From Promethearchaeia archaeon (GTDB taxonomy: Archaea; Asgardarchaeota; Lokiarchaeia; Sigyniarchaeales; SOKP01): a stretch of 57,897 nt of DNA. Position 1 is the stretch's first letter, and every line of letters starts with the position of its first letter. A program made the position numbers and the translations under genes. Of this stretch, positions 1 through 9,600 are shown piece by piece. The stretch lies in NCBI GenBank assembly GCA_029856085.1, contig JAHQWI010000034.1, forward strand, positions 1 through 57,897, written 5' to 3'. Under the pieces are notes generated by a model. It was not told the DNA's origin, did not search any database, and saw nothing but the letters and a program-made list of their open reading frames with translations.

Positions 1-462
1 CTCTATATCTAAAAAGAACCTAGCTTCTTCATACACTACTCCTAAATTAGAAGCAAATGCATCCAGAAAATTAGTTAAATTTTCTTCGATTATTTCATAT
101 TTTATAAGCTTTTTACTATCAAACATATCCCAAATCATTTTCATAACTAATGGAGATTTATCATGCCGAATAGTCCATTCCAAAGGTTCTAATCCTTCTT
201 CTAGATGATTTAGGATAATAATTTTTGCTGCAGTAGCTCTAACATACGCATTCTCGTCAGAGACTAAATGATTTTCAAGAATTTTGAAAAACTTTTCATC
301 TTGAAAACCTAATTTTTCCAATGCGACAATGGTTTCTGCTCGAACTTCTGCATCCTCACTTCCATCGATTAATGATATTAAAAGATCAGTGGTATCTTCT
401 CTACTTATATCTCCATTTAGAAAGTTTTTTTGAATTTTTTCTGGAGTTAATTCTTCCTTCAT
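1..462 (-). CDS. HEAT-repeat protein (partial; C-terminal part lies beyond the window start)
   Basis: Not in the supplied track because it runs off the window. A reverse-strand ATG at 462-460 opens MKEELTPEKIQKNFLNGDISREDTTDLLISLIDGSEDAEVRAETIVALEKLGFQDEKFF...NAYVRATAAKIII, and the frame stays open to position 1. The repeated D-x-x-VR-x-x-A helices are typical of HEAT/PBS-lyase repeats. Confidence 0.6.
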   Translation of the reverse strand, partial: MKEELTPEKIQKNFLNGDISREDTTDLLISLIDGSEDAEVRAETIVALEKLGFQDEKFFKILENHLVSDENAYVRATAAKIIILNHLEEGLEPLEWTIRHDKSPLVMKMIWDMFDSKKLIKYEIIEENLTNFLDAFASNLGVVYEEARFFLDIE

Positions 463-741
463 ATATCGGTTATTCTTAATTGAATAGCTAAATTAGGCAA
501 AATCAACTATATGATTTTGTTAATCAACTTATTTCCTAATAATTATATTTTTTAATGAAAATAAGTAAAAATAGTTAATTCTTAATATGCGCATTTATCA
601 TATAAATTTTGAAGTGAACCTAAAACATATTGCGACAATTTTAAAAGAAATGTTTTTAGTATGATAGCATTTAATATTATGGTAGTTTTATTTATAAGGC
701 GAAAATAATTACAATATTTAAATAGAATTTAGGTAAGAAAT

Positions 742-2271
742 ATGCGAACTTATGAACAGTATGTTGAAGATTTAAAGAAAATGAAGCCTAACGTTTGGAT
801 TGGTAAAGAAAAGGTTGATCGTTCTGATCCTAGAATTCATGGAGGAATGCGTATAATAAAAGAGACATTTGATTGTGCATATAATCCTGAATATGAAGAT
901 TTATGTACTGTAACATCACATTTAACGGGTAAAAAGATAAATCGGTTTTGTCATATACATCAGAGTGAAGAAGATTTACTAAATAAACAAAAGATGACAC
1001 GTCTTCTTTGTCACCGAGTGGGTGGTTGTATTCAGCGGTGTATGGGAATTGATGCTTTAAATGCCTTATCAGTTATTACGTATGAAATGGACCAAGCACT
1101 TGGTACAGATCACTATGAAAGATTTAAGAAATATATGGAATATTTTCAAGAGAGAGATTTAGCTGCCAGCTGTGCCCAAACAGACGCTAAAGGAGATCGT
1201 TTAAAAAGACCACATCAACAAGAAGATCCAGATCAATATCTTCGAGTTGTCGAAACTAGAGAAGATGGAATCGTCGTACGAGGTTGCAAGATTAACATTA
1301 CAAATACTCCATACGTTGATGAGCTTATTGCTGTTCCATGTAGATATATGGGACCAGATGATAAAGATTATGCTGTTGCATTTGCGTTGCCAGGAGATTG
1401 GGAAGGTGTGCAACTACTTACTAGACCTGCTTGGGTAAAGGAAAGTAAATTTAATTCACCCCAGAGTCAACTTGGTGATGCTGAAACATTTATTATTTTT
1501 GATGATGTTTTTGTCCCTAATGAAAGAGTTTTCCTGAATGGTCATGGTGATCCTCGTCAAACGCCATATGCCGGCTTTTTAGCACTATTGTTTGCCCATT
1601 ATCATCGTCATAGCTATACAGGATGTAAACCTGCTATGTCAGAAGTGTTAGCAAGTGCAGCAGCTTTAGTTGCAGAATATAATGGTATTGAGAGCACCTC
1701 TCACGTTCGGGACAAACTTTCTCATATTATAGGATGCGCAGAATTAGTTTTTGCTGCTGGTGAATCGAGTGCTAAACATTCTGAGAAATCTCCATCAGGT
1801 ACACAAATTCCAGATGAGATTCTTACTAATGCAGGAAGACGCCTTGCTGGTGAAATGATTTATGAGGAATATAAAATTTTAGCAGATCTTTCTGGAGGAC
1901 TCATCGCTACTTTACCATATGAAGAGTCTTTTTTTAATGAAGAAGTTGGGGATCTTGCCATGAAATATTTAAAGAGAAATCCTCGTGTAAAACCAGAATA
2001 TATATATAAATGCTTTAAAGGTATAGAAACTCTAGTGGTGTCAGATTTAGCTGGTCTGATGCAAGTTGCAGGTTTACACGGAGGCGGAAGTCCGCAAATG
2101 GAAACTATTACGATGATGATGCGTTATGATACTGAAAGGCTAAAAGATATTGCTAAATATCTTTTCGGAATAAAATCTAAATTACGAAGATACGAAAGAC
2201 CAACGGTTACTCCTCGTAAACAGCTTGAAAAATTTAGAATAGCAATGCAAAGAAAGAAGAAAGAAGAATAA
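742..2271 (+). CDS. abfD: 4-hydroxybutyryl-CoA dehydratase / vinylacetyl-CoA delta-isomerase
   Basis: 509-aa ORF with blocks I recognise from Clostridium aminobutyricum AbfD (INRF.HIHQS, KM.RLL, DA.NA, TD.KGDR, LRVVE.REDGIVVRG.K, DKDYAV.F). The [4Fe-4S] ligand pattern is retained: C-x3-C (CIQRC) and H-x6-C (HRHSYTGC). Confidence 0.85.
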   Translation: MRTYEQYVEDLKKMKPNVWIGKEKVDRSDPRIHGGMRIIKETFDCAYNPEYEDLCTVTSHLTGKKINRFCHIHQSEEDLLNKQKMTRLLCHRVGGCIQRCMGIDALNALSVITYEMDQALGTDHYERFKKYMEYFQERDLAASCAQTDAKGDRLKRPHQQEDPDQYLRVVETREDGIVVRGCKINITNTPYVDELIAVPCRYMGPDDKDYAVAFALPGDWEGVQLLTRPAWVKESKFNSPQSQLGDAETFIIFDDVFVPNERVFLNGHGDPRQTPYAGFLALLFAHYHRHSYTGCKPAMSEVLASAAALVAEYNGIESTSHVRDKLSHIIGCAELVFAAGESSAKHSEKSPSGTQIPDEILTNAGRRLAGEMIYEEYKILADLSGGLIATLPYEESFFNEEVGDLAMKYLKRNPRVKPEYIYKCFKGIETLVVSDLAGLMQVAGLHGGGSPQMETITMMMRYDTERLKDIAKYLFGIKSKLRRYERPTVTPRKQLEKFRIAMQRKKKEE

Positions 2272-2277
2272 ACTTAA

Positions 2278-2290
2278 TTTTTTATTTTTT
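2278..2290 (+). terminator. Oligo-T tract (T6-A-T6) just after the abfD stop
   Basis: TTTTTTATTTTTT starts 7 nt after the TAA at 2269-2271. Archaeal termination commonly uses oligo-T. The site sits between convergent genes. Confidence 0.35.
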
Positions 2291-2308
2291 AATTCAAATC
2301 AAGTAACC

Positions 2309-3274
2309 TTACAATACACATAAAGCAAAGGATTGGGCTTCTGTAATAGAATCCATATTTAAACTTTTATCCTTTTGTAAAAATTCTTCGATAGTAATTC
2401 CAGTTTTAAATATCTCATTAAATTTTGTATCGAAGATCTGATAAATATTTCTATTTCGAGAGATATATGCCCCAATTAAGATATTTGTCGGATCAAAACT
2501 TGGTTGAATAATAAATTCACTATCAGAAAGGCTAAAATTACTAAAATTTTCGTCTGTTACATGAATTTTAAGATTTTTAAATTCCATATTCATAGGATCA
2601 ATATGTTTTGTAAGAAGTCCAAATTCTTCACTGCTTATAAGGTCCTTAACTACATCAGAATGAAAAATAACTTGTACCTTAATATTTTTGAGGTTTTCTT
2701 TAATTCTGATCATTCCTGCCTTCATAGATTCACCAATTTCTTCTGGAACACGGGTAAAACCATACTCTTGGATCAAATCGATTAAAGGACTGTGATATCT
2801 GATGCCTATCGCTATTTTACATTCTTTTTCAGCTAAAAATGAATAATAGCTTTCATCAAAATTTTTCACATCATAGTTGACAAATTCAACAGGTTCTTGA
2901 GCCACTTGTTCTTCCAATTTGAAGTTCTTTATAAAACCATCTAGCGAGGTTTCACATTTGTCTCTCTTCTCATTAAATTCATTTTGGAGATTCTCTATTC
3001 TTTTATTAACAAGATTTTGCCATAAACCTAAAATAGGGTTTGCGAGGTGAATTTTCATCGGTCTATCATAAATCTGGATAAGCTCTTTTTCGCTAAGCAC
3101 TGAACAGATTTTATATCCGCGTTTTAAAGAGAGACTAAATTGATTACACACATCTTTTAAATTATCAATTCTTTTGTTAACTAGGAGATAATGGTAAATT
3201 CTTTCTATACCTTTTTCAATAACGCCAATGGAATCAAATAATTGGCTGAGAGATAAATATTTGGTATCTTCCAT
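2309..3274 (-). CDS. TrmB-like winged-helix transcriptional regulator (putative)
   Basis: 321-aa ORF starting 4 nt after the upstream GTPase stop, so probably the same operon. The N-terminus (IEKGIERIYHYLLVNKRIDNLKDVCNQFSLSLKRGYKICSVLSEKELIQIYDRPMKIHLANP) follows the TrmB wHTH pattern. I do not recognise the C-terminal two thirds. Confidence 0.45.
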   Translation of the reverse strand: MEDTKYLSLSQLFDSIGVIEKGIERIYHYLLVNKRIDNLKDVCNQFSLSLKRGYKICSVLSEKELIQIYDRPMKIHLANPILGLWQNLVNKRIENLQNEFNEKRDKCETSLDGFIKNFKLEEQVAQEPVEFVNYDVKNFDESYYSFLAEKECKIAIGIRYHSPLIDLIQEYGFTRVPEEIGESMKAGMIRIKENLKNIKVQVIFHSDVVKDLISSEEFGLLTKHIDPMNMEFKNLKIHVTDENFSNFSLSDSEFIIQPSFDPTNILIGAYISRNRNIYQIFDTKFNEIFKTGITIEEFLQKDKSLNMDSITEAQSFALCVL

Positions 3275-3278
3275 TACA

Positions 3279-3809
3279 TCACCTATTATTAGTCTTATCC
3301 AATGTCAGTTCGGTGAGAACTTTAAAACCTTCATCAACATTAACGTTTTCTTTGGCTGAAATTTCAACAAAACTCGCCATGTTATTTTTTTCAGCGATTT
3401 GAATACCATATTCTCTAGGAACTTTTCGAGAACTTTTCGAAAGATCAATTTTAGAACCAACGAGCATAATAGGTATAGGACCGCCCTTTTGTCTTACTAT
3501 AGTCATCCATTCTGAAATATTATCCAGAGTAGAAGGTCTTGTTATGTCGTAAAGTAGAAATGCAGCATTGGCACCTAAGCAATATGTTGGTAAAAGGAAT
3601 CTAAACCGTTCTTCTCCACCGACATCCCATATTTGAAGTTTTATTTTAGTATCATTCAATTCAATTGTTTTAACATGGAAATCGACACCAATCGTTAATC
3701 TTTCACTTGGGTTGAAAATGTTATAACAATAGCGTTTTGTGAACGATGTTTTACCCACGGATGCATCTCCAAGAAGAAGAATCTTAAATGTGTAATCGTA
3801 ATGAGACAT
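3279..3809 (-). CDS. Ras/Rab-like small GTPase with atypical G3 and G4 motifs
   Basis: G1 GDASVGKT, switch-I T in TIGVDF, G3 WDVGGEERF (canonical WDTAGQERF), G4 GSKID (canonical NKxD), G5 SAK. 176 aa with no CAAX tail. Confidence 0.9.
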   Translation of the reverse strand: MSHYDYTFKILLLGDASVGKTSFTKRYCYNIFNPSERLTIGVDFHVKTIELNDTKIKLQIWDVGGEERFRFLLPTYCLGANAAFLLYDITRPSTLDNISEWMTIVRQKGGPIPIMLVGSKIDLSKSSRKVPREYGIQIAEKNNMASFVEISAKENVNVDEGFKVLTELTLDKTNNR

Positions 3810-4199
3810 TTTTATAAATCCTAATTATAATTAGATATATTAATTATTATTTAATTTAATAAATTTTTATATTATTATACCGCTCGATAATTATAATTCT
3901 AATGGAAATGAATTCTTATAAATGTAGTCTGAAATTTTTTTGTATAAATCATTAGTACAAACATACTTCATTAACTCTTTAGAGAACATAGGGAATTCGA
4001 GTTTTACCACAAAAATTGATAAATCAGTAAATAGATAACTTCCTTTACCTAAGGGTATTCTTAACAACTTTTAACATTAAAACCTATACTTTTGTACGTA
4101 TCATTTAGAAGTAGATTTTCTGAAAAGCTTAAACTTAAAACAATGTGGTTTATTTTTTAATGGGAGCAGCAAAAAACCATATCTATGAGAATAATGTAA

Positions 4200-5252
4200 A
4201 TGAATGACAAGGAAATAATTTTAGGACTATTCTATGCTGACGAGGATAATTTGGTATTTGATAATATTAAATGTTCAGATGATTTTAGTGAGGAGAAAAG
4301 AAATGAGCTGAAAATGCTTTCCTTTAAATTCTTAGGTCCTGTTTTTTTAACCGCCGCGAGTGGAATCGGAAATAATTGGAAAATTGAATCTATCGAAGCT
4401 TCTTTATCTTTGCGCTATTCAAAAGCCATTGAAGCAGATGTAATTCAATCTTTTTTTACTCTCAATTCCTCAATAGACACTTTAGAAGGATCAACAAATC
4501 TTTTTGCTTTAATAAGTACTCCTTTTACAGAAGATATAAAGCTAATTTATGATGAAATTTCAGAATACATTCATCCCAGCATTATGCAAGGTAAAGTAGT
4601 AAACGAAAATTTGTTAGGAAGTCGTTTTAACTTTTCTCGATTCATAGAAGCTGAATTATATAGAGGGATTAATTTAATAGAGTACTCTCTTGGGTCTTCT
4701 AGAAGGATGTATTGGGAAGAAGGGCAAAGATATTATTGTGTGGGATTAATTGAAAGGAAAAACTCTGAAGATATAAGAGTTTCCAACCTTTATACTTTCG
4801 ATAAAAATGATCCTCTCAGAAAAAGATATTTAGATTTTATTCCCTCCTATTACGTTGTGTCAATTCTACCAGATTATTATGAACACTTGATAAGTGAAAC
4901 CCTAGAGTTATATAATAAAAAAGGAGTCTATCCTAGTATTAGATCAATCAATCTATGCTATGAGGATAAAAAAGTTGTTTATTTAGAAGAATTTACTTTA
5001 GATAATGGTATACTTAACAGTTACGGTGTAATTTTAGTTCAAGAAAACGAAGTTACAGAATCGAATAAGAATTTATCATATTTTAGAAAAAAACTAAGGC
5101 TTATATTAGATAGTAAAAAAGATCTAAAAGAATTTCTTAGATTAATAAACCCTCATTTTAAAGAGGAAAGATGGGGAACAATTTTAGATGAGGAACTTAA
5201 TAGAATCGGAGAAGTTCTTGATAGTGATGCTGATTTTGAATTTGAGGTTTGA
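4200..5252 (+). CDS. Hypothetical protein (350 aa)
   Basis: Long ORF divergent from the GTPase operon. Its stop overlaps the start of the next ORF (TGATG). No motif recognised. Confidence 0.6.
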   Translation: MNDKEIILGLFYADEDNLVFDNIKCSDDFSEEKRNELKMLSFKFLGPVFLTAASGIGNNWKIESIEASLSLRYSKAIEADVIQSFFTLNSSIDTLEGSTNLFALISTPFTEDIKLIYDEISEYIHPSIMQGKVVNENLLGSRFNFSRFIEAELYRGINLIEYSLGSSRRMYWEEGQRYYCVGLIERKNSEDIRVSNLYTFDKNDPLRKRYLDFIPSYYVVSILPDYYEHLISETLELYNKKGVYPSIRSINLCYEDKKVVYLEEFTLDNGILNSYGVILVQENEVTESNKNLSYFRKKLRLILDSKKDLKEFLRLINPHFKEERWGTILDEELNRIGEVLDSDADFEFEV

Positions 5253-6295
5253 TGATTAAAATGGAAGAATTGGATTTTGAACAAGTATATAACATTGAAA
5301 AAGATAAAATTTTAAGATATTATGAAAGGCTTAAGAATCAATTCAAAAATTTAAGTCCAATTCAACTTGCGGCAAGGTTTTTATTTAACCAGTCAATAGG
5401 GTCTGATTACAAAGAGGTTTATAACACATTAATATATTTCAGAGATAAAATTGGGAAGGGTAGAAAACTCTTAGATTTGGCATTCGAATGGATAAGAGCT
5501 CAAAAAATCAGATTAGAATATAAGAAATATCTAGTTAGAGCTCAATATCCGTTTAATAATTTAAGTTTAGCTGTTGATGACTGTATTTTTAGATTCTTCT
5601 TAAAGTACGATAAGTATATAAGAAAATTACTTAAATCAGATATTCGCGAATATAATTTTAGTGCGTTGTATGAAATCTTTTTCAGCCCATATGATTCAAA
5701 AAACCTCAATATAAAAGACATTTTAGAAAGGCATATTGATAAAGTACCAACCCACTTTCAAGGATTGGAAAAGTTAAACACCAATATCATAGTATTAAGG
5801 TCTGGTTTATCAGTTATAATTGTAAAAGATTATGAAATCGTCTTATTTGCCAGAAAAGAAGAAAAGATGAGAAAGGAGCTTAAATTTAAAAAAAACAAAG
5901 TTGTTCAATTAGAATTGGAAAAAAAGTTTAATGGATATTTATTAGAAAGAGTAATTAGAACATTTTGCGTAAGAAAAATTGAAATTTCTCAAAAAGAAAT
6001 TGAAAGTGCTATATCTCAATTTTTATCATCATATTTCAAATTCGGAACAATCTATAATTTTGATGATTTTAAAGATTTATTGACCCAAAATTTAGCTGAA
6101 GATATAACTTCAGCTTTATCAGAAAAATTTAGAAAAAATAATACTTTAGACAATATTAAACGCTCAGTATCGAATACTATGAACAGTTTTAATAGGATTA
6201 ATAAAGTGCGAAAATTAGATGGACTTGCATGGAAAAATGATTTGATACCAATTCTTAAAAATTACATGACGAAATTTATTAGTACATTATACTAA
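5249..6295 (+). CDS. Hypothetical protein (about 347 aa, mostly helical and charged)
   Basis: The track start is TTG at 5249. ATG at 5252 overlaps the upstream TGA and follows GAGG at 5244-5247, so it is the more likely start. No motif recognised. Confidence 0.6.
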   Translation: MMIKMEELDFEQVYNIEKDKILRYYERLKNQFKNLSPIQLAARFLFNQSIGSDYKEVYNTLIYFRDKIGKGRKLLDLAFEWIRAQKIRLEYKKYLVRAQYPFNNLSLAVDDCIFRFFLKYDKYIRKLLKSDIREYNFSALYEIFFSPYDSKNLNIKDILERHIDKVPTHFQGLEKLNTNIIVLRSGLSVIIVKDYEIVLFARKEEKMRKELKFKKNKVVQLELEKKFNGYLLERVIRTFCVRKIEISQKEIESAISQFLSSYFKFGTIYNFDDFKDLLTQNLAEDITSALSEKFRKNNTLDNIKRSVSNTMNSFNRINKVRKLDGLAWKNDLIPILKNYMTKFISTLY

Positions 6296-6340
6296 TAAGA
6301 AGTAATTTGGTTTAATAAAAGCTTGAATAAACACAAATTA

Positions 6341-6910
6341 TCATGATTTTTTAAAAACTTCTTTACCCTTTTCTTTAATTATAGGATTTGATTCTTTTTC
6401 TATAAAACATTTTAGTTCTTTACAAACCAAAGGATTTTTTACCATATCAAAGGTATCCAAAAATCGTAATACTGCCCAACGAACAGAATCGTCGGGATCA
6501 TTCAATAACGGTAATATAAATTTTAAATATTTTTTATCTCCAGCTTGTTCAATCTTAAATATTGTTCTGGCTCTAGTAATAAAATCGGGGTCATATAAGT
6601 GTGGAACTAAGAGATATTCAATCTTTTTATTTTTAATGAAATCTAAAATAAAATTAAAAACATCTATTTTAAAATTATGAATTTCATTCGTTTCTCTAAT
6701 ATAAAAATCTAAAACATTTTCTGCTTTCTTACCAATCTTCAATAGACTTTCAAAGGCAATGAAAAAATTATCTGATAAATCGGATTTATCCAATTTTAGG
6801 TTATCAAGTAAATAACTAATAATTTTGTCGTCAACTTTCGAAATTTCTATAACATCCCATTTTAGATCTTCTTCTTCTTCCCAGATTTTATTATCCCTTA
6901 AATAACTCAC
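6341..6910 (-). CDS. Hypothetical protein with a HEAT-like repeat
   Basis: 189-aa ORF. LLNDPDDSVRWAVLRFLDTF resembles a HEAT/PBS-lyase repeat unit. Confidence 0.5.
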   Translation of the reverse strand: MSYLRDNKIWEEEEDLKWDVIEISKVDDKIISYLLDNLKLDKSDLSDNFFIAFESLLKIGKKAENVLDFYIRETNEIHNFKIDVFNFILDFIKNKKIEYLLVPHLYDPDFITRARTIFKIEQAGDKKYLKFILPLLNDPDDSVRWAVLRFLDTFDMVKNPLVCKELKCFIEKESNPIIKEKGKEVFKKS

Positions 6911-7181
6911 TTAATCATCCTATGAATTTTTTTCTTAATAATTAAAAAAAAATAGGATTTCTCTTTTAATTGATTTATTATTAAAATAGAAATAAAAGAT
7001 TGAATACAGTTTAATTATCTCAAATTTTAATAATAAGTTGATAAAAAATTAATTGGTTAATAATTTTAACACTTGAGAAAAGGACTTTGAATTGGATTTA
7101 ATTAAATGATTAACTGTTTGCAAATAATCAAAAAATTTTAAAAAATTAAGATTATTCTGATGTAAAAAGTAAAAGGGAATT

Positions 7182-7994
7182 CTAAGATTTCATTTCCAGT
7201 AAAGTATTCACATTATTATATAATATATCTTGTTTTTCTTCATGAGAGATTCTAGGTAAGGATAGAATTTTCTCAATTTCGATTGGTAATGTAGATGCTG
7301 TAGGTGAATCTGAACCAAACAAGATTTTTTCATGACCAATTGTCTTGATTAGATTATAAATACCAAAAGAAACAGAACAAGATGTTTCAAAATATATATT
7401 TTCATACCTCCTCAATGTCATTCCGACATCGAGTGCATATGACATTGTATTGGCCGCATGACCTACTATAATCCTTAGATTAGGATTTTTTAACGCCAAA
7501 TTCGCAATGTCTCTTGTTGATACACCCCCAAAAAAAGACGTTTTAGGAAGTGAGTGTATGTAAAATATTAAATTTTTATCATAATCTTGCATAAATGAAA
7601 TTAGCTTTTGGATATCATTCGGTACCTTGATAGCGTGAAAACCTGAATGTATCTTAACACCACAAAATCCTTCTTTAAAATGTTCTTCTAAAATTTTATA
7701 ATCTTCTTCTTGTTCTTCTGGATCCATTTTAGGATTAAACCAAAAAAATTTGTAAAAACGATCAGGAGCTTTTTTAGCAATTTCTTTAACATCGGTGTGA
7801 TCAAGTTGACCTTTAGTCATTAATTTCTTAAAATCATCCATAAATTTAGTAATCTTATCCCCTTCACTTATTGTAGAAGCAACCTCTTTCTGTCTTTCAT
7901 GATATTTGGTTCTATTAATTGTTGTAATAATCGCCTTTTCTACATTGTATTGATCCATATAACTTATTATATCTTTATGAGGATTAAGGAACAC
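7182..7994 (-). CDS. Amidohydrolase-family metal-dependent hydrolase (TIM barrel); the true start is probably upstream of the track start
   Basis: The track starts at GTG 7994, but the same frame stays open up to the TGA at 8054-8052 and encodes KIFDAHLHTYG. That is the HxH metal-binding motif found at the N-terminus of amidohydrolases. The rest of the ORF is consistent with the family (H-rich strands, FGSD near the C-terminus). Confidence 0.7.
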   Translation of the reverse strand: MFLNPHKDIISYMDQYNVEKAIITTINRTKYHERQKEVASTISEGDKITKFMDDFKKLMTKGQLDHTDVKEIAKKAPDRFYKFFWFNPKMDPEEQEEDYKILEEHFKEGFCGVKIHSGFHAIKVPNDIQKLISFMQDYDKNLIFYIHSLPKTSFFGGVSTRDIANLALKNPNLRIIVGHAANTMSYALDVGMTLRRYENIYFETSCSVSFGIYNLIKTIGHEKILFGSDSPTASTLPIEIEKILSLPRISHEEKQDILYNNVNTLLEMKS

Positions 7995-8124
7995 ACCATA
8001 AGTGTGAAGATGCGCGTCAAAAATCTTAAAATCATTTCTTAATATTATTTTTCACCTATAAGTTAGGAAATTTTGTTTAATAAAATATGATCAAAAAAGA
8101 ATTTTTCCGAAAAAAAGGGGTATT

Positions 8125-8406
8125 TTACATTGATTTAATTTTTTCCAATATCATTTCTCTATTCTTTTCCCAGAATTTATCAACCCTTCTTTTTACTACT
8201 TTTTTAGCAACCTTTTTGATAATTGTTCTTTTAATTAGAGCACCCAAAATGTTCATAACTTCTTCCACCATAAGTGCTTTAATTATTCCTTCTATTGATT
8301 CGCCCTTAGATGTTTTTTCAAGCCATTTTTCAAAAACTTTATCAACATTCTCATGGATTTTTTCCTTTAATTCTGAAGAGATTTCTTCTTCCATTGTATT
8401 CTTCAC
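8125..8406 (-). CDS. Small charged helical hypothetical protein (93 aa)
   Basis: Preferred over the overlapping plus-strand ORF 8087..8410, which is low-complexity and hydrophobic. No motif recognised. Confidence 0.4.
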   Translation of the reverse strand: MKNTMEEEISSELKEKIHENVDKVFEKWLEKTSKGESIEGIIKALMVEEVMNILGALIKRTIIKKVAKKVVKRRVDKFWEKNREMILEKIKSM

Positions 8407-8495
8407 TTAAATGATTTTGAATAATTGATAATAATCTTGTCATTTAAAATTATACAAATAGAAAATTCTTCTAAATTGGGTAATTACAGGATGTA

Positions 8496-9356
8496 CTATC
8501 GGTGTTTGATAAATGTACCATTCTGATATTCAGTAAAAGCAACAGATAATTCTTCTTCAGAATTCATAACAATTGGTCCACGCCAAGCAACAGGCTCTTT
8601 TAAAGGTTTACCAGATATTAATAAGAATCGAACTCTTTCGTTTTCTGTGCTTATTTTAATTGAATCTCCTTCTTGGTATATTATTAGTGTTTCCTTTCCA
8701 ATTAACTCGCTTTTTGTGTCATCGAAAAATGCTTCTCCTTCAATGGTATAGGCAAAAACATTATGTCCATTTAGTATATGATGAACAAATTCTGAATTTG
8801 GGCTTATAGTAACATCTAGATATTCTGGTTCGGTGACTATATCCTGAACAGGTCCTTTAGTTCCGTATATTTCACCGGAAATTATCTTAATTTTATTATT
8901 GCTATTATTCAAATATATTTCTGGAATTTCATTACTTTTCAGATCTCGATACCTTGGTTCCATCATCTTATGTGTAGCTGGCAGATTTGCCCAAAGCTGA
9001 AATCCCCAAAGTAAGGTATCATTTTCATCTTTTTTAGGCATTTCTTGATGGATGATACCTGATCCAGCTGTCATCCATTGAACATCACCTGCTTCTATAA
9101 CATCCCCATTTCCTAAACTATCACCGTGCTCTACCTTACCATGTAGCATGTAAGTAATAGTTTCTATGCCACGATGAGGATGCCAAGGAAATCCCTTTAT
9201 ATAATCATTAGGGTTGTCAGAATGAAAATCATCAAGAAGCAAAAAAGGGTCTAAAGAAGGATCCGCATATCCGAATGCGCGCTTTAGTCGAACACCAGCA
9301 CCTTCAAAAGTAGGTTTACTTTTTAATGTGACTTTAATTTTTCTAATATTGACCAT
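8496..9356 (-). CDS. Pirin-family protein (bicupin)
   Basis: HPHRGIETITYMLHGKVEHGDSLGN and QWMTAGSGIIHQEMP are the characteristic pirin N-terminal cupin metal-site blocks. Confidence 0.9.
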   Translation of the reverse strand: MVNIRKIKVTLKSKPTFEGAGVRLKRAFGYADPSLDPFLLLDDFHSDNPNDYIKGFPWHPHRGIETITYMLHGKVEHGDSLGNGDVIEAGDVQWMTAGSGIIHQEMPKKDENDTLLWGFQLWANLPATHKMMEPRYRDLKSNEIPEIYLNNSNNKIKIISGEIYGTKGPVQDIVTEPEYLDVTISPNSEFVHHILNGHNVFAYTIEGEAFFDDTKSELIGKETLIIYQEGDSIKISTENERVRFLLISGKPLKEPVAWRGPIVMNSEEELSVAFTEYQNGTFIKHR

Positions 9357-9426
9357 ATTTCATTAAACCTTAATCATACAATTATTTCTTTGCCTTATAA
9401 AAATTAAATTCGGATGAAATAATGTA

Positions 9427-9469
9427 AATAAATCATAAATCAGAACCAATTAATAACTATACTTATTTT
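9427..9469 (+). repeat. 43-bp direct repeat, copy 1 (AATAAATCATAAATCAGAACCAATTAATAACTATACTTATTTT)
   Basis: 40/43 identical to 10378..10420 by my ungapped count. It contains the tandem heptamer ATAAATC-ATAAATC. Weaker similarity extends about 15 nt to the left (TTCGGATGA / TTCGAATCA). Confidence 0.8.
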
Positions 9470-9600
9470 TTAGAAAATACTAATATGTTTTCAAAGGAAA
9501 AATTTATTTTTAATGAATACGAGAATAGGAATTAATCTAAAATTATAAATAAAAACAAGAAAATCGAAAAGAAAAAGATGAATGAAAAAGAGGTATTCAA

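Noticed and set aside
8087-8410. Plus-strand 107-aa ORF overlapping the minus-strand 93-aa ORF
   Set aside because: Its translation is low-complexity and hydrophobic (runs of F, L, S, I), as expected for the antisense of a K/E-rich gene in AT-rich DNA. I kept the minus-strand ORF at low confidence instead.
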